64,000 nucleotides of DNA, taken from assembly GCA_963749905.1 (NCBI GenBank), contig CAVVOF010000003.1:642806-706805 (forward strand), written 5' to 3'. Each line of letters begins with the position of its first letter. Positions within the stretch are counted from its first letter, which is position 1. The position numbers and the translations under genes are program-made. The stretch comes from an uncultured Actinomycetota bacterium. Lineage in GTDB: Bacteria; Actinomycetota; Actinomycetes; S36-B12. Of the stretch, positions 9,939 through 20,981 are shown piece after piece. Under the pieces are notes generated by a model. That model saw nothing but the letters and a program-made list of their open reading frames with translations, was not told where the DNA came from and ran no database searches.

Positions 9939-9995
9939 TCTTCCATGGGACACGGCGACGGGCCGATAGGATCCCGCTACTTGAAGGAGAATCAC

Positions 9996-10271
9996 ATGAC
10001 CACCACCGCCCTGAAGACGACGGTCGCGGACTTCGCCAGCTGGAAGTCCGTGTTCGACAGCACCGTGAATCTGCGCCGCCGGCACGGAGCCACCGGGCAC
10101 CGCGTTCTGAACAACGGCAACGACGTCCTGGTCCTAGTTGACTTCCCCGACGAGGCGTCGGCACGCGCGCTCGCGTCCGATCCCGACATTCGGGAGGGCA
10201 TGAAGCGGTCCGGAATCCAGGGCGCACCTGATCTCCTCGTGTGGGCATCCTCCGAAGAGGTCCAGTACTGA
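9996..10271 (+). CDS. small hypothetical protein (about 91 aa)
   Basis: ATG preceded by GAAGGAGA, with high third-position GC. First gene of an apparent operon with the MarR gene. Confidence 0.6.
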   Translation: MTTTALKTTVADFASWKSVFDSTVNLRRRHGATGHRVLNNGNDVLVLVDFPDEASARALASDPDIREGMKRSGIQGAPDLLVWASSEEVQY

Positions 10272-10393
10272 GCGCGAAGCGACCCGAGCCGAGACGGGGC
10301 CCCAAAGGTCGGGGCCCCGTCTCGCGCGCGTCCGAAACCGACCCCTTCCTGCAGGAGTTCCCGCACGGGAGCAAGTCGGCTGGCGCGGCACTC

Positions 10394-10852
10394 ATGGGCC
10401 TGGCGCGGCTCACCACACTCATCAGCGACGTGTTCGATCGCGGAGTCCACCGTCCCGGCCTGTCCACCACCGGCCGTCAGGCGCTCGCCGTCCTGGATGG
10501 TGCAGGACGGCCGCTTTCGCCCACTGAGATAGCCGAACGACTGCTGCTCACGACGGCCTCGATCACGTCACTGCTCAATACCCTCGAACGTCGCGGCTGG
10601 GTGCTTCGCGAAGCGGATGCACGCGATCGGCGCAAGCAGCTGATCAGCCTCACCGAGGACGGACAGCGGCTCGTGGACGACATCCTTCCGCGGATCGTTG
10701 CCCTGCAAGCCGCCATCATGCAGGACGTGCCGGAGGACGACCGCCAGGATCTGCAGCGCATCCTTGACACCATTCGCACCACGGCAAGCTCCCTTGACGC
10801 TGAGGAGGTCGCCGCGTCCGCGCCGCCGCGCGGCAAGCGGAAGCGGTCCTGA
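10394..10852 (+). CDS. MarR-family transcriptional regulator
   Basis: LSTTGRQALAVLDGAGRPLSPTEIAERLLLTTASITSLLNTLERRGWVLREADARDRRKQLISLTEDG is a winged-HTH MarR signature. The start is uncertain. Confidence 0.85.
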   Translation: MGLARLTTLISDVFDRGVHRPGLSTTGRQALAVLDGAGRPLSPTEIAERLLLTTASITSLLNTLERRGWVLREADARDRRKQLISLTEDGQRLVDDILPRIVALQAAIMQDVPEDDRQDLQRILDTIRTTASSLDAEEVAASAPPRGKRKRS

Positions 10853-10881
10853 CGTCGGCCCGTGGACCGGTGCACCGGCTC

Positions 10882-11259
10882 TCAGCCCCGGTAGTCGAGC
10901 ACCTGCTCGGGCAGTGACATGCCCTCCGCCAGGTCCATCCCGTGCACCGCGATGAGGTGGGTCCGGAACCACACGTCGAACGGCTCGGCGGACGTAGCGA
11001 GTCCGTGCAGCGCGGTGGGCAGGTCGGGCGACTCGATGAGCACGACCGCGAAGTCCCCGACGGGCGTGCTCTGGATCCAGACGGCCTCTCGGGTGATGCC
11101 GTGCCGCCGGCGCGACGCCACGTGGTCGTCCCGGCGGGTGCCTTCTCCGCAGGAGAGCATCTCCTCGCGGTCCACGTCGGTCGTGCCGGGGAGCAGAGGA
11201 GCGGCGAAGCAGACGGCCTGGGTCGCGGTGGTCGTCGGCGAGCTGATGTCGATGGTCAT
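10882..11259 (-). CDS. hypothetical protein (125 aa)
   Basis: ATG at 11259 preceded by CAGGAGGA. Coding-like codon bias. No family recognised. Confidence 0.55.
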   Translation of the reverse strand: MTIDISSPTTTATQAVCFAAPLLPGTTDVDREEMLSCGEGTRRDDHVASRRRHGITREAVWIQSTPVGDFAVVLIESPDLPTALHGLATSAEPFDVWFRTHLIAVHGMDLAEGMSLPEQVLDYRG

Positions 11260-11400
11260 GGTGTCCTCCTGTGTCGACGCCGCCGGTCGGCGGCTTGAGA
11301 GGACTCTGCTCGCGTAGGCACCCCCCGCGGATCCCTGCGGATCTGGGATCTTTCGCGCATCTGGGCACCCGCGCCCGCCCGGGAGGATCACCATGGCGCT

Positions 11401-12547
11401 ATGCAGCCGTGGACCGCCGATCGCCTGATCGACGAGGTGGAGCGTCTCGGCTCACGGGGTATGGCCTATGCGGACCTGCACGCCGAGATCGCGGTGCGCC
11501 TGCGCCACGCGTTCCCGGTGGACGCCATGTGCTGGCACGGACTGGACCCCGACACCAAGCTGCTCACTACCGCGAACCCCGTGGAGCTCATGGCAGGAGG
11601 GTTCATCACACCCGAGACGGAGGGCCAGGCCGCGAGTGCGGTCGTGACCAGCGAGTACGCACGAGACGACGTGAACACGTTCGCCAGCCTGGCTGGCCGA
11701 CGAACCCCGGTTGCGATCCTGAGCGAGACGACCCGTGGCCACCCCGAGCGCAGTGCCCGCTACGTCGAGTATCTCGCGCCGATCGGCACCCCCTTCGAGA
11801 TGCGCACCGCCATGGTCACCCGCGGCCGCGTGTGGGGTGCCGTCGTCATGCAGAACACCGGGGACACCGGGGACTTCGACCCGACTCACGCCCGCGTGAT
11901 GGCACGCCTGTCGCGCCCGATCGCCGAGGCACTGCGCGCCTCGTACCGGGTAGAGGCGGCCCGACGCCCGGACGACGAGCGGGCACCCGGGATGCTCGTG
12001 CTCGACCGTCACGACGACCTGGAGCTGATCACGCCCCCCGGCGACCAGGCTCCTGGAGCAGTTGGCGCGCGACGACCCGCAGCACCGGACCGTCCCGAGT
12101 GCGGCACTCAGCCTCGCCGCCACCGCCCGATCCCGCGCGCTGGCCGGACGGACCGCCCCGCCCCTGCACGTCCCGACCTCATCGGGATGGCTGACGTTCC
12201 ACGCCTCGCTCCCCGACGGGCCGTCGACGGGTCGCGTCGCCATCGTGGTCCAGCCGGCCGGCGAGGAGTACGCGCTACCCCTGCGGCTGGAGGCCTTCGG
12301 ACTGACGGCTCGCGAACGCGACGTGGCCACCCTCGTCGCTCGGGGCTTCGACACGGCGGCGATCGCGGAACGGCTGGTGATCTCGCCCTGGACCGTGCAG
12401 GACCACCTGAAGTCCGCCTTCGACAAGACCGGCACCCGTTCGCGCCGCGAGCTCCTCGCCCGCGTGTTCTTCCATGACCAGCTGCCGGGCATCGTGGCGC
12501 GGGACCCGCTCAACGCGGGCGGGCATCTGCAGTCGTCGCAGCGCTAG
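11401..12547 (+). pseudogene. LuxR-family regulator (GAF-like N-domain + C-terminal HTH), frameshifted
   Basis: The N-part is in the 11401 frame and the C-part (LTARERDVATLVARGFDTAAIAERLVISPWTVQDHLKSAFDKTG) is in the 12062 frame. The frames join as ...LELITPP|ATRLLEQLARDD across a C6 run at 12034-12039. The length is 1147 nt, which is 3n+1. Confidence 0.75.
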
Positions 12548-12584
12548 GCCGTCGCTTCAGGGCAGTTCGTCGTCGCGACCCGGT

Positions 12585-12613
12585 TTGACTGATCACTCTA
12601 GAGTGTTTACTCT
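12585..12613 (+). promoter_or_regulatory. promoter (TTGACT - 17 nt - TACTCT) with embedded 12-bp perfect palindrome CACTCTAGAGTG
   Basis: -35 at 12585-12590, palindrome at 12594-12605 and -10 at 12608-12613. The ATG of the TetR gene follows 6 nt later, so the transcript would be leaderless or nearly so. Confidence 0.45.
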
Positions 12614-12619
12614 ACTCAC

Positions 12620-13169
12620 ATGAAGTACGAGCCACACGACATCCTCGAGGCAGCCGTGCGGCTCATCAACCGGGACGGCGTCGGCGTCTCGATGGCCAAG
12701 GTGGCCGAGGAGGCCGGCGTCTCCAACGGGACGCTCTTCCACTACTTCGGCACCAAGCAGGACCTGCTCGACCGGCTCTACGAGTGGCTGAAGTCGGACC
12801 TGATCGCCGCCATCGGCGACGTGCCGGACGATCTCCCCGCGACCGAGCAGCTCCGCACCCTGTGGATGCGGTGGATCGAGTGGGTCCGGCGCTACCCCGC
12901 GCGGCATCGCGTCAGCCAGCTGCTCCACGGCTCCGGAATCGTCAGCCCCGCCGCCGTCGAACGCGGAGAGGGCATGTTCGCCCGCTTCCCCGGCATCCTC
13001 GCCGAGGCACAGGCCGCCGGCGCACTCTCCGACCTTCCCCTCGACCTATCTCGGCGGGAGCCTCATGGCACAGCTCGAGGTCGCCGCCCGCAGCGACCTC
13101 ACCGAGGAGCAGTGCTCCCAGGCCTTCGACCTCGCCTGGAACTCCGTACGCCCGGCCACCACCACCTGA
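12620..13169 (+). pseudogene. TetR-family regulator, frameshifted near 13037-13046
   Basis: N-terminal HTH MAKVAEEAGVSNGTLFHYFGTKQDLL. The C-terminus continues in the +1 frame as YLGGSLMAQLEVAARSDLTEEQCSQAFDLAWNSVRPATTT*, stopping at 13167-13169. The length is 550 nt, which is 3n+1. Confidence 0.8.
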
Positions 13170-13202
13170 CCCCCTCCCCAGTCCCCAACCTCAGGAGTCC
13201 CC

Positions 13203-14201
13203 ATGACCACCGTCCTCGTGACCGGAGCCTCCGGCTTCATCGCCAAGCACATCGTCCGCGAACTGCTGGAGAACGACTACACGGTCAAGGCGACCGTGCG
13301 CTCGGACCGCGGGCAGGCGCAGCTCGTCGAGCTGTTCCCCGACGCCGGCATCGACTTCGTCCGCGTGGACCTGCTCGAGGACGAGGGATGGGACGAAGCC
13401 ATGACCGGTGTCGACGTCCTGATGCATACGGCCAGCCCGTTCCCCGGCAGTGAGCCGAAGGACCCGCAGGAGCTGATCCGGCCCGCCGTGGAGGGCACGC
13501 TCCGGGCCCTGCGGGCCGCCCAGCGGGCGGGCGTCGGACGCGTCGTGCTGACCTCCAGTTGCGCCGCCATCTACAAGGATCCGTCGAAGCCCCCGATGCA
13601 GCAGCCCACGCGGGACAACTGGACCGACGCCGAAGGACCTGCCACGACCGCCTACGAGGCGTCCAAGACCCTCGCGGAGAAGGCTGCATGGGACTTCGTC
13701 GCGGAGCACCCGGAGATGAAGCTGACCACCATCAACCCCGGGGCCGTGTTCGGAGTGCCGATGGATGAGCACTACGGCACGTCACTCGCCAGCGCCGAGC
13801 GCATCCTCAACGGCACGGATCCTGTGTACCCCGACATGTCCCTGCCCGTCGTCGACGTCCGCGACGTGGCGCATATGCACGTCGCGGCGCTCGAGAACGA
13901 CACCGCGGGCCAGCGGTTCCCGGCCAACGCCGGCGCCCTGTCGCTGGTCGAGATAGCTCGAACGCTCAAGGCGGCCTACCCGGACCGGAAGATCTCCACG
14001 CGCCAGGCGCCCGATCTACTGGTCCGGGCGATGGCGCTGTTCGTTCCGCTGATGCGAACCATCGCGTCGAACCTCGGCCGCAACCTGGACGTGGACGGCT
14101 CCGATGGCCCCCGCGCGCTGGGGTTCACGTACACCCCGTCTCGCGATGCGCTGCTCGCCTCGGCCGAGTTCCTCGCCGCCAGGCCCGCGACTGCGACCTA
14201 G
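13203..14201 (+). CDS. NAD(P)-dependent extended SDR (epimerase/aldehyde reductase-like)
   Basis: VLVTGASGFIAKHIV Rossmann motif and YEASKTLAEKAAW catalytic YxxxK. RBS AGGAG. Confidence 0.85.
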   Translation: MTTVLVTGASGFIAKHIVRELLENDYTVKATVRSDRGQAQLVELFPDAGIDFVRVDLLEDEGWDEAMTGVDVLMHTASPFPGSEPKDPQELIRPAVEGTLRALRAAQRAGVGRVVLTSSCAAIYKDPSKPPMQQPTRDNWTDAEGPATTAYEASKTLAEKAAWDFVAEHPEMKLTTINPGAVFGVPMDEHYGTSLASAERILNGTDPVYPDMSLPVVDVRDVAHMHVAALENDTAGQRFPANAGALSLVEIARTLKAAYPDRKISTRQAPDLLVRAMALFVPLMRTIASNLGRNLDVDGSDGPRALGFTYTPSRDALLASAEFLAARPATAT

Positions 14202-14217
14202 GCCACGAGCGGGCAGT

Positions 14218-14235
14218 GATACGGTTTACCGTATC
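14218..14235 (+). promoter_or_regulatory. 18-bp palindrome GATACGGTTTACCGTATC (8-2-8), candidate operator
   Basis: Perfect 8-bp arms, ending 17 nt upstream of the ATG at 14253 and abutting the GAAAGGAGG RBS. Confidence 0.4.
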
Positions 14236-14252
14236 GAAAGGAGGTGACCGGC

Positions 14253-14828
14253 ATGTCGGCATCGGGCCTCCTGCGCTCCACGCGAACCAGTCACGGCCTG
14301 TCGCAGCGCGCTCTCGCGACGGCCGCCCGGGTGCGCCAGCCCGGTGTCGCAGCGGTGGAGTCCGGTAGCGAGGACGCGACGGTGAGCCGTCTCGAGCACC
14401 TGCTGAAGGAGCTCGGAAGCCAGCTCACGGTCCTCCCCACGCGGCAGCGTCCTGTGTGGGCGGCCGGCGAAGACGTACGCCGCGCACTGGACATGGATGA
14501 CGAGCGCACTGCCTGGCGCGAGGTAATCCAGCTCAACGACGATCTGCGCGGAGCCGACCGGGCCACGCGGGTGGCACTCGCGATCGCGCCACCGGGACGC
14601 ACGGGTGACCTCCGCTTCGACGCCCTCATCGCGGCCGTTACCGACTGCGCCCTCGTCGACGCCCGACTGCCCCGCCCTCACTGGCTCGATGAGGCTTCGT
14701 GGACCCTCGACGAACCGTGGGACGTCGAGGTGATCCCTTCGCTGCGCGAGGCCGCCCGCAAGGCAACACCAGCGGCGATACGCCGTCACGGCGTCTACCT
14801 CGATCGAGTTGCACTCGCAAGCGTCTGA
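14253..14828 (+). CDS. XRE-family HTH protein with uncharacterised C-terminal domain (putative antitoxin)
   Basis: LLRSTRTSHGLSQRALATAARVRQPGVAAVESG is an XRE HTH. The ATG is 8 nt after GGAGG. The stop overlaps the next start (TGATG). Confidence 0.75.
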   Translation: MSASGLLRSTRTSHGLSQRALATAARVRQPGVAAVESGSEDATVSRLEHLLKELGSQLTVLPTRQRPVWAAGEDVRRALDMDDERTAWREVIQLNDDLRGADRATRVALAIAPPGRTGDLRFDALIAAVTDCALVDARLPRPHWLDEASWTLDEPWDVEVIPSLREAARKATPAAIRRHGVYLDRVALASV

Positions 14829-15361
14829 TGTCGGCCACGCTCACGCCGGACGAGGTTCGTCAGCTTCTTGATGAGCTTGCGACTCGCCTCGATGCGGCCG
14901 GGGTTGCAGCGGGCATTCGGGTCGTCGGCGGTGCCGCCCTCTCAATCCTTGACGAGGGCCGTCGTTCTACATCCGACATCGACGCCGTGCTGGTCCCCGC
15001 CGGAGCGGCCGCCGACATCGTCGCCGCGCTTGCCATCGAGCATGGGCTACCGGACAACTGGCTCAACGACGCGGCTCTCGCCTACGTCCCACCCGTCGGA
15101 GCGGATGACTGGATCGAGGTGATGCGCCGGGGTGACGTGATCGTCTCGATCGCCTCCGTACGGCTGCTCCTAGCCATGAAGCTGCTGGCCAATCGGGGCA
15201 TCCGAGACAACGACGACATCGACTTCCTGCTCAACGCCTGCGGCGTCAGGAGTGTCGCGGACGCGCAAGAGATCTTCGAGTCCTACCACGCGCAGGACGT
15301 CCTCACGGCAAGCGCGGCGGCCCGAGTCCAGCGCTGGCTGGACCGGTGCCCCGCCAACTGA
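14828..15361 (+). CDS. minimal nucleotidyltransferase-fold protein (DUF6036/AbiEii-like)
   Basis: 177 aa. VVGGAALSILDEGRRSTSDIDAVL fits the G-x-A/S ... D-x-D NTase motif. Translationally coupled to the XRE gene. Confidence 0.6.
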   Translation: MSATLTPDEVRQLLDELATRLDAAGVAAGIRVVGGAALSILDEGRRSTSDIDAVLVPAGAAADIVAALAIEHGLPDNWLNDAALAYVPPVGADDWIEVMRRGDVIVSIASVRLLLAMKLLANRGIRDNDDIDFLLNACGVRSVADAQEIFESYHAQDVLTASAAARVQRWLDRCPAN

Positions 15362-15408
15362 CGGGGATCAGCTCGGATCCGCTTGAACCCGTTTCGTGCG
15401 GCACGTGT

Positions 15409-15759
15409 CTACTGACTCGCTCGAAGTCTGCGCACGGCCGACTCGAGCGACCCGAGGTCTGCCTCCACCGTCCGATGGATGATCGCGGGGACGACGCGGT
15501 GGTAGTGGTGACCGATCACATCGCGCATGGCGGCGATCTCGCTCCACGGCGTCTCGGGATCCGCCTCGAGGATCTCAGTTGGGACACCGTTCACGGCCTC
15601 GCCGATCACGGACAGGTTGTGCAGGATCGCCTGGAACGCGATCTGCACACCGACCTCGTCACCCAGGGACTCCGCGAGCCGTAGCCGCTGGTCCGCGACC
15701 TTCGCCCTCCTGATGCCCTCGAGCACGTCGTCCAGCCGTTCGCTCACACTGCGTGTCAC
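15409..15759 (-). CDS. hepT: HepT-like (DUF86, HEPN) toxin
   Basis: 116 aa from the GTG at 15759. The Rx4H HEPN motif lies in AAMRDVIGHHYHRV. It overlaps the MNT stop (GTGA). Confidence 0.85.
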   Translation of the reverse strand: MTRSVSERLDDVLEGIRRAKVADQRLRLAESLGDEVGVQIAFQAILHNLSVIGEAVNGVPTEILEADPETPWSEIAAMRDVIGHHYHRVVPAIIHRTVEADLGSLESAVRRLRASQ

Positions 15760-16256
15760 AGCGGCACCGCCTCTGCCAGCGCCGGCTTCCGGACTTGGTC
15801 GCGTAGCAACTCGACCGTTGTCACGTCCACGTCCCTCCCGATGATGGCGCGCACGTCGCTGCCGAAGCCGGCCAACGGCAGCACGCCGTGCTTGGCCGCG
15901 TCGAAGTCGACGAGCAGGTCGACATCCGAACGAGGAGACTCCTCCCCGCGTGCCGCCGAGCCGAACACCCGGACGTTGCGCACGCGGCGGCGACGGGCGG
16001 CATCGCGGATCTCGTCCGCGTGTGCGCGCAGTTCCTCGAGCAGCTGGCCTTGGGCGGCGGGCGCCCGTCGCACGGTGACGTGCAGCGTTGCTCCTGCCGC
16101 CCGGACGATGCGATCGAGGGTGCGAACGGAGGGCGACTTCGCCCCGGACTCGTACGCGGCAAGGGTCGGCTGGGAGGTCCCCGCAGCCTGGGCCAGTTGC
16201 GCCTGGGTGAGGCCGGCACGAGCCCGTGCCTCCTTGATCAGGGCGGCGGCGTCCAT
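15756..16256 (-). CDS. mntA: XRE-HTH fused to MNT-type nucleotidyltransferase (antitoxin)
   Basis: The N-terminus LIKEARARAGLTQAQLAQAAGTSQPTLAAYESG is an HTH. It is followed by VRVFGSAARGEESPRSDVDLLVDF (GSxxRG...DxD). Confidence 0.85.
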   Translation of the reverse strand: MDAAALIKEARARAGLTQAQLAQAAGTSQPTLAAYESGAKSPSVRTLDRIVRAAGATLHVTVRRAPAAQGQLLEELRAHADEIRDAARRRRVRNVRVFGSAARGEESPRSDVDLLVDFDAAKHGVLPLAGFGSDVRAIIGRDVDVTTVELLRDQVRKPALAEAVPL

Positions 16257-16264
16257 GCACTCAC

Positions 16265-16282
16265 CATATCTCTAGAGATATG
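16265..16282 (-). promoter_or_regulatory. 18-bp perfect palindrome CATATCTCTAGAGATATG, candidate operator of the MNT/HepT operon
   Basis: Perfect self-complement, 8 nt upstream of the ATG at 16256, in the 52-nt spacer after the ABC gene stop. Confidence 0.5.
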
Positions 16283-16308
16283 CCAGCTGCCTGGGCGGGC
16301 GGCTGTCG

Positions 16309-16946
16309 TCATGCCTCGGGCTGGATCGCCCCGTCATGCAGGTGGTAGACGCGGTCGCACATCTCCGCGAGGCTCGGATCGTTGGTCGACAGCACGACCG
16401 TGACGCCGGCGTCCGCCTCGGCGCGGAGCGCGGCGACCACCAACGCCGCGCTGGCTGCATCGAGTTCGGCCGTCGGCTCGTCCGCCACGAGCAGCCTGGC
16501 CCGCATGGCCAGCGCTCGGGCCACCGCCACTCGCTGCCGCTGCCCGCCCGACAACTCCTCGGCCAGTCGGTCGTGCAGTTCCGGGAGTCCCGCCTGAGCC
16601 AGCGCCTCTTCGGTGCGGCGCCGGGCCTCGTCACCGTCGACACCCCGCAGGAGGAGCGGAAGCTCGACGTTCTCCTTCGCCGTCAGCACTGGGAGCAGGC
16701 CGTAGCTCTGGACGACGAGGGCCGACAGGTCGAACCGGTCGTCGGGGGTGATCGATCCCGCGTCCGGCTCGATGAGCCCGGCGATGACCCACAGCAGAGT
16801 CGACTTGCCCGCACCCGAGGCCCCGGTGACCGCCGTCACGACTCCGGGTTCGGCCTCGATGTCGACATGGTCGAGGATGACTCGACCTGCTCGGGAGACG
16901 ACGAGACCTCGACCATGCACGTGCGGACCCGCGCCGGAATGAGTTG

Positions 16947-16950
<4 letters not shown>
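16309..16950 (-). CDS. ABC transporter ATP-binding protein
   Basis: Walker A GASGAGKST, signature LSGGQRQR and Walker B LLVADEPT. GTG at 16950 after GAGCAGGAGA; GTGA overlap with the upstream gene. Confidence 0.85.
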
Positions 16951-17794
<844 letters not shown>

Positions 17795-17795
<1 letters not shown>

Positions 17796-20700
17796 CACTC
17801 CTGCACCGCCCTGAGCAGATCGGGCTGGGCCAGCCGTGCAGTCCGGCGAGCGCCGATCTCGGCGACGAGGCCGAGAAGCAGCAGGACGCCGGCGGTGGTG
17901 GCGAGCACCGGAAGCCATGCGGGGCCGAACCACGGGGCCGGATAGTCCGCCGACGCCGACATCAGCAGGTTGGGCAGGGTGATCGCTGCGCCCAGCAGGC
18001 CGGCCGCTGCGCCGAGCGCCGTTCCGGTGATGGCGAGAGCGAGTTGTTCGAGCCGTCCCGAGTGCACGAGGACGTGGTGGTCCGCGCCGAGGGAGCGCAT
18101 CGCCGCGAGCTCGTAGGCCCGCCGCCGCGCCGTGATGTAGGTGCCGGCAAGCACGGTTCCCGCGGCGATCAGGAGCGCGACGAGGGCGGCGGCGGCGAAC
18201 AGGCGCAACGCCAGTGCGGCGCTGTCACGGCCGAGCACGCTCAGTCGCTCGTCGACGGAGTCGACCGCCACCACCTCGAAACCGTCGGCCTCGAGTGCCG
18301 CGCGGATGGACGAGGGGGCGTCGGCGGACAGCCAGACCTGGTAGTCGAGCAGCGTGGGCGCGCCGCCCATCACCGCGAGCGCGAACGGGAAGTCGGCCAG
18401 CACCCCCATCCGCAGCTTGCGCGGGAGCACGCCCGACCCGAGAAGCTGGGCGGGGACGGCGCGGCCGTCGAGGTTGGTGATCTTGGTGACCGCGCTCGAC
18501 CCTTCGCCCACCAGCGCCTCACTGCCGACGAAGACCGGAAGCTCCGTGGGATGGTCGGCAACCTCGATGGCCGCACTCGCGCCCTCGAGATCGAAGGACG
18601 TCACGAGTCCTCCTGGCTCCTCGACCGAGAGGACGGCCACGGGCGGGATGGGGACGAGTATCGACGTGGCACCGCTCCGCCACCCCGCCGGACCGGCCGA
18701 CGTCAGGTCGACATCGCCGCCGGCATCCTCGGCGCCCGAGATGGTCACGGTGCCTGCCACCGACGACGCGAGGGGCGACGGGGTGAAGATGAAGGACTCG
18801 AGATCGCAGGCAGCGCTGGCGCACATGGGCAGGTCCGCACTCACGGTCGAGGTCCCGGGCCGGAGTTCACCGAAGTCGATCGTGTGTGCGAGCCCACCGG
18901 CGTCCCGCACGGCCACGTCCAACGCCAGCGCGCCCGAACTCTCGGCCTGCTCATAGGCGACGTCGAGCGACAGGTTGCCTTGAAGCGGAATCGGGACGGC
19001 CGCCTGATCTGGGTGCAGCTGCGCGCCGATGTCGTCGCGCGAACTGCCCGTCCACGCAGGATCCCAGGCCGCGACGGCGCCGATCCGGGAGGCGTCGATC
19101 GCGATGAGGCCACCGTTGGCCCCGGCCGTGCTGGCGACGGCGGCCAGCGCCTGAGTGCCGCTGGGGTCCGCGTCGCGCACGGCCGTCAGCAGCGAGCCGG
19201 GCGAGTACGACCGCACGTGGAGCACCTGCCATCCTCCGACCTCGGCAGGGGCGACGTCGTTGCGGTTCGCCGAGGCCACCGCCCAGCCGTCCACGGCGAA
19301 CACCGTCAAGCCCACTGCCAGCGACAGCAGGATGACCGTGCGGAGTCCACTGGGCCGCCGGGCGATGTTGGACGCGGCCAGGAACGCGGCGACGCGGCGC
19401 GACCCGCGCGTACGTGCCACCGCGAGGCGCGCGACCCGGGGTACGACGCGCACCGCGAGCAGGCCCATCGTCAGCGCCAGGAGGGCAGGCGTCAGCAGTG
19501 CGAGCACATCCGAGCCGCCGCGCCGGAGTTGGTAGATGCCGGCGGCCAGCAGCGCGATCGCGAACGCGTCGACCGCGACTGACCGCGCCAGCCGCGCTCT
19601 GCGGCCGCCCGTGCGACGCAGTTGCTCGATGACGGGTGCGGTGAGAATGCGACGGGACGCCAGCGCCGCGGCAACGACGCCGCCGAGGAAGCCGACGGCC
19701 AGGGCGACCAGCGCGGATGCGGTGACACCCGTGTCCGTGCCGGGGGCCATCACGATGCCGACGATGAACGCGTTGATGGCGTAGGCGACGGCGAGCCCGA
19801 CCGGCACCGCGGCGAGCAGCAGCAGGAGCGGCTCCGCGAGGCCGAACATGAACGTCGACCGAGCGTCCATGCCGCGCAGCTTCGCGAGCGCCACCTCCCC
19901 CGACCTCTCCTCGCTCGTCGCGGAGACGACCAGGAACAGGGCGAACCACGCGAGGAGCACGAGAGCCGCGGTGACGGCGAAGGATGCTGCGGCCACGTCG
20001 GCGAGGTCGGGGTCGAGGGCATCCAGGAACGACGGCAACCCGGACGTCGCCACGGACTGCGGACCGGCGTCGGCCGAGGCAGCGGTGGTGGCGACCGCGG
20101 CCTCGACGGCGCGGCGGAGGTCCGGGACCTCGGATGCGTGCACGGTCGTCGCGTCCAGCGCCCTGAAGCTCGTTGCCGCGACGTCGCCGCTGCTGCTGAG
20201 CAGCGTCCCCTCGTCCACGACGATCTCGTCGAGGCGGTCCGGTCCGTCCGGGGTCTGCGCGGGCAGGAACCGGGCAGGTGAGACCGGTCCCCACACCGCC
20301 GGGTCCGCCGTGGCCGCGTCGTAGGTGCCGACCACCTCGACCTGATCGGTCGCGACGTCGGCGCTGATGCCGAGCCGCATCGGATCGCCCAGCGCGATGT
20401 CGAACTGCTCAGCCATCCGGTCGGAGATCATCGCCTCGCCCGGATCCTCGGGGCACTCGCCGGACGTCAGCTCGACGGCGCCGCACTGACCCCGGTGCCA
20501 GCCGATCATCGCCACGCCGATCGGGCTGTCCCCGAGCTTCGGCGCGCCGCTGACCACGGTCAGCGCGAGCGTTCCGGGCTCGTACCACGGATCCAGCGCG
20601 GGGTCGGCGGCCCGCTCCGAGACGGCGTCGAGCAGGTCACCGGGAGTGAACTGTCCCTGACCCGCGCGCTGCGCGCGCACCTGCACACCGGTCGACACGG

Positions 20701-20914
20701 GAGCGGCCTCCGCCAGGCCCTCGCGGACCAGGGAGTCGGCGGCACTGCTCGCGTACAGCGGACCGAGGACCGCACCGACCATGGCGACGACGGCCACCAG
20801 CGCCACCGCGATCGAACTGACCATGCGCCAGCGGAGACCGCGCATGACCAGGCCGAGGAAGGTCACCACGGATGCACCTCGACGCCGTGATCGACGAGCG
20901 GTCGCGTGGTTCAC
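17795..20914 (-). CDS. large FtsX/MacB-type ABC permease (two FtsX modules, about 1039 aa)
   Basis: Two TM clusters separated by a long extracytoplasmic region. The uninterrupted 3.1-kb ORF is co-directional and coupled with the two ATPase genes. Confidence 0.85.
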
Positions 20915-20981
20915 GTCCGCAGCCTAGGCGCGCCTGTCCTGCGTCGACGCGCCCATCCACACCCGCGTCGGACTGTCGGGC

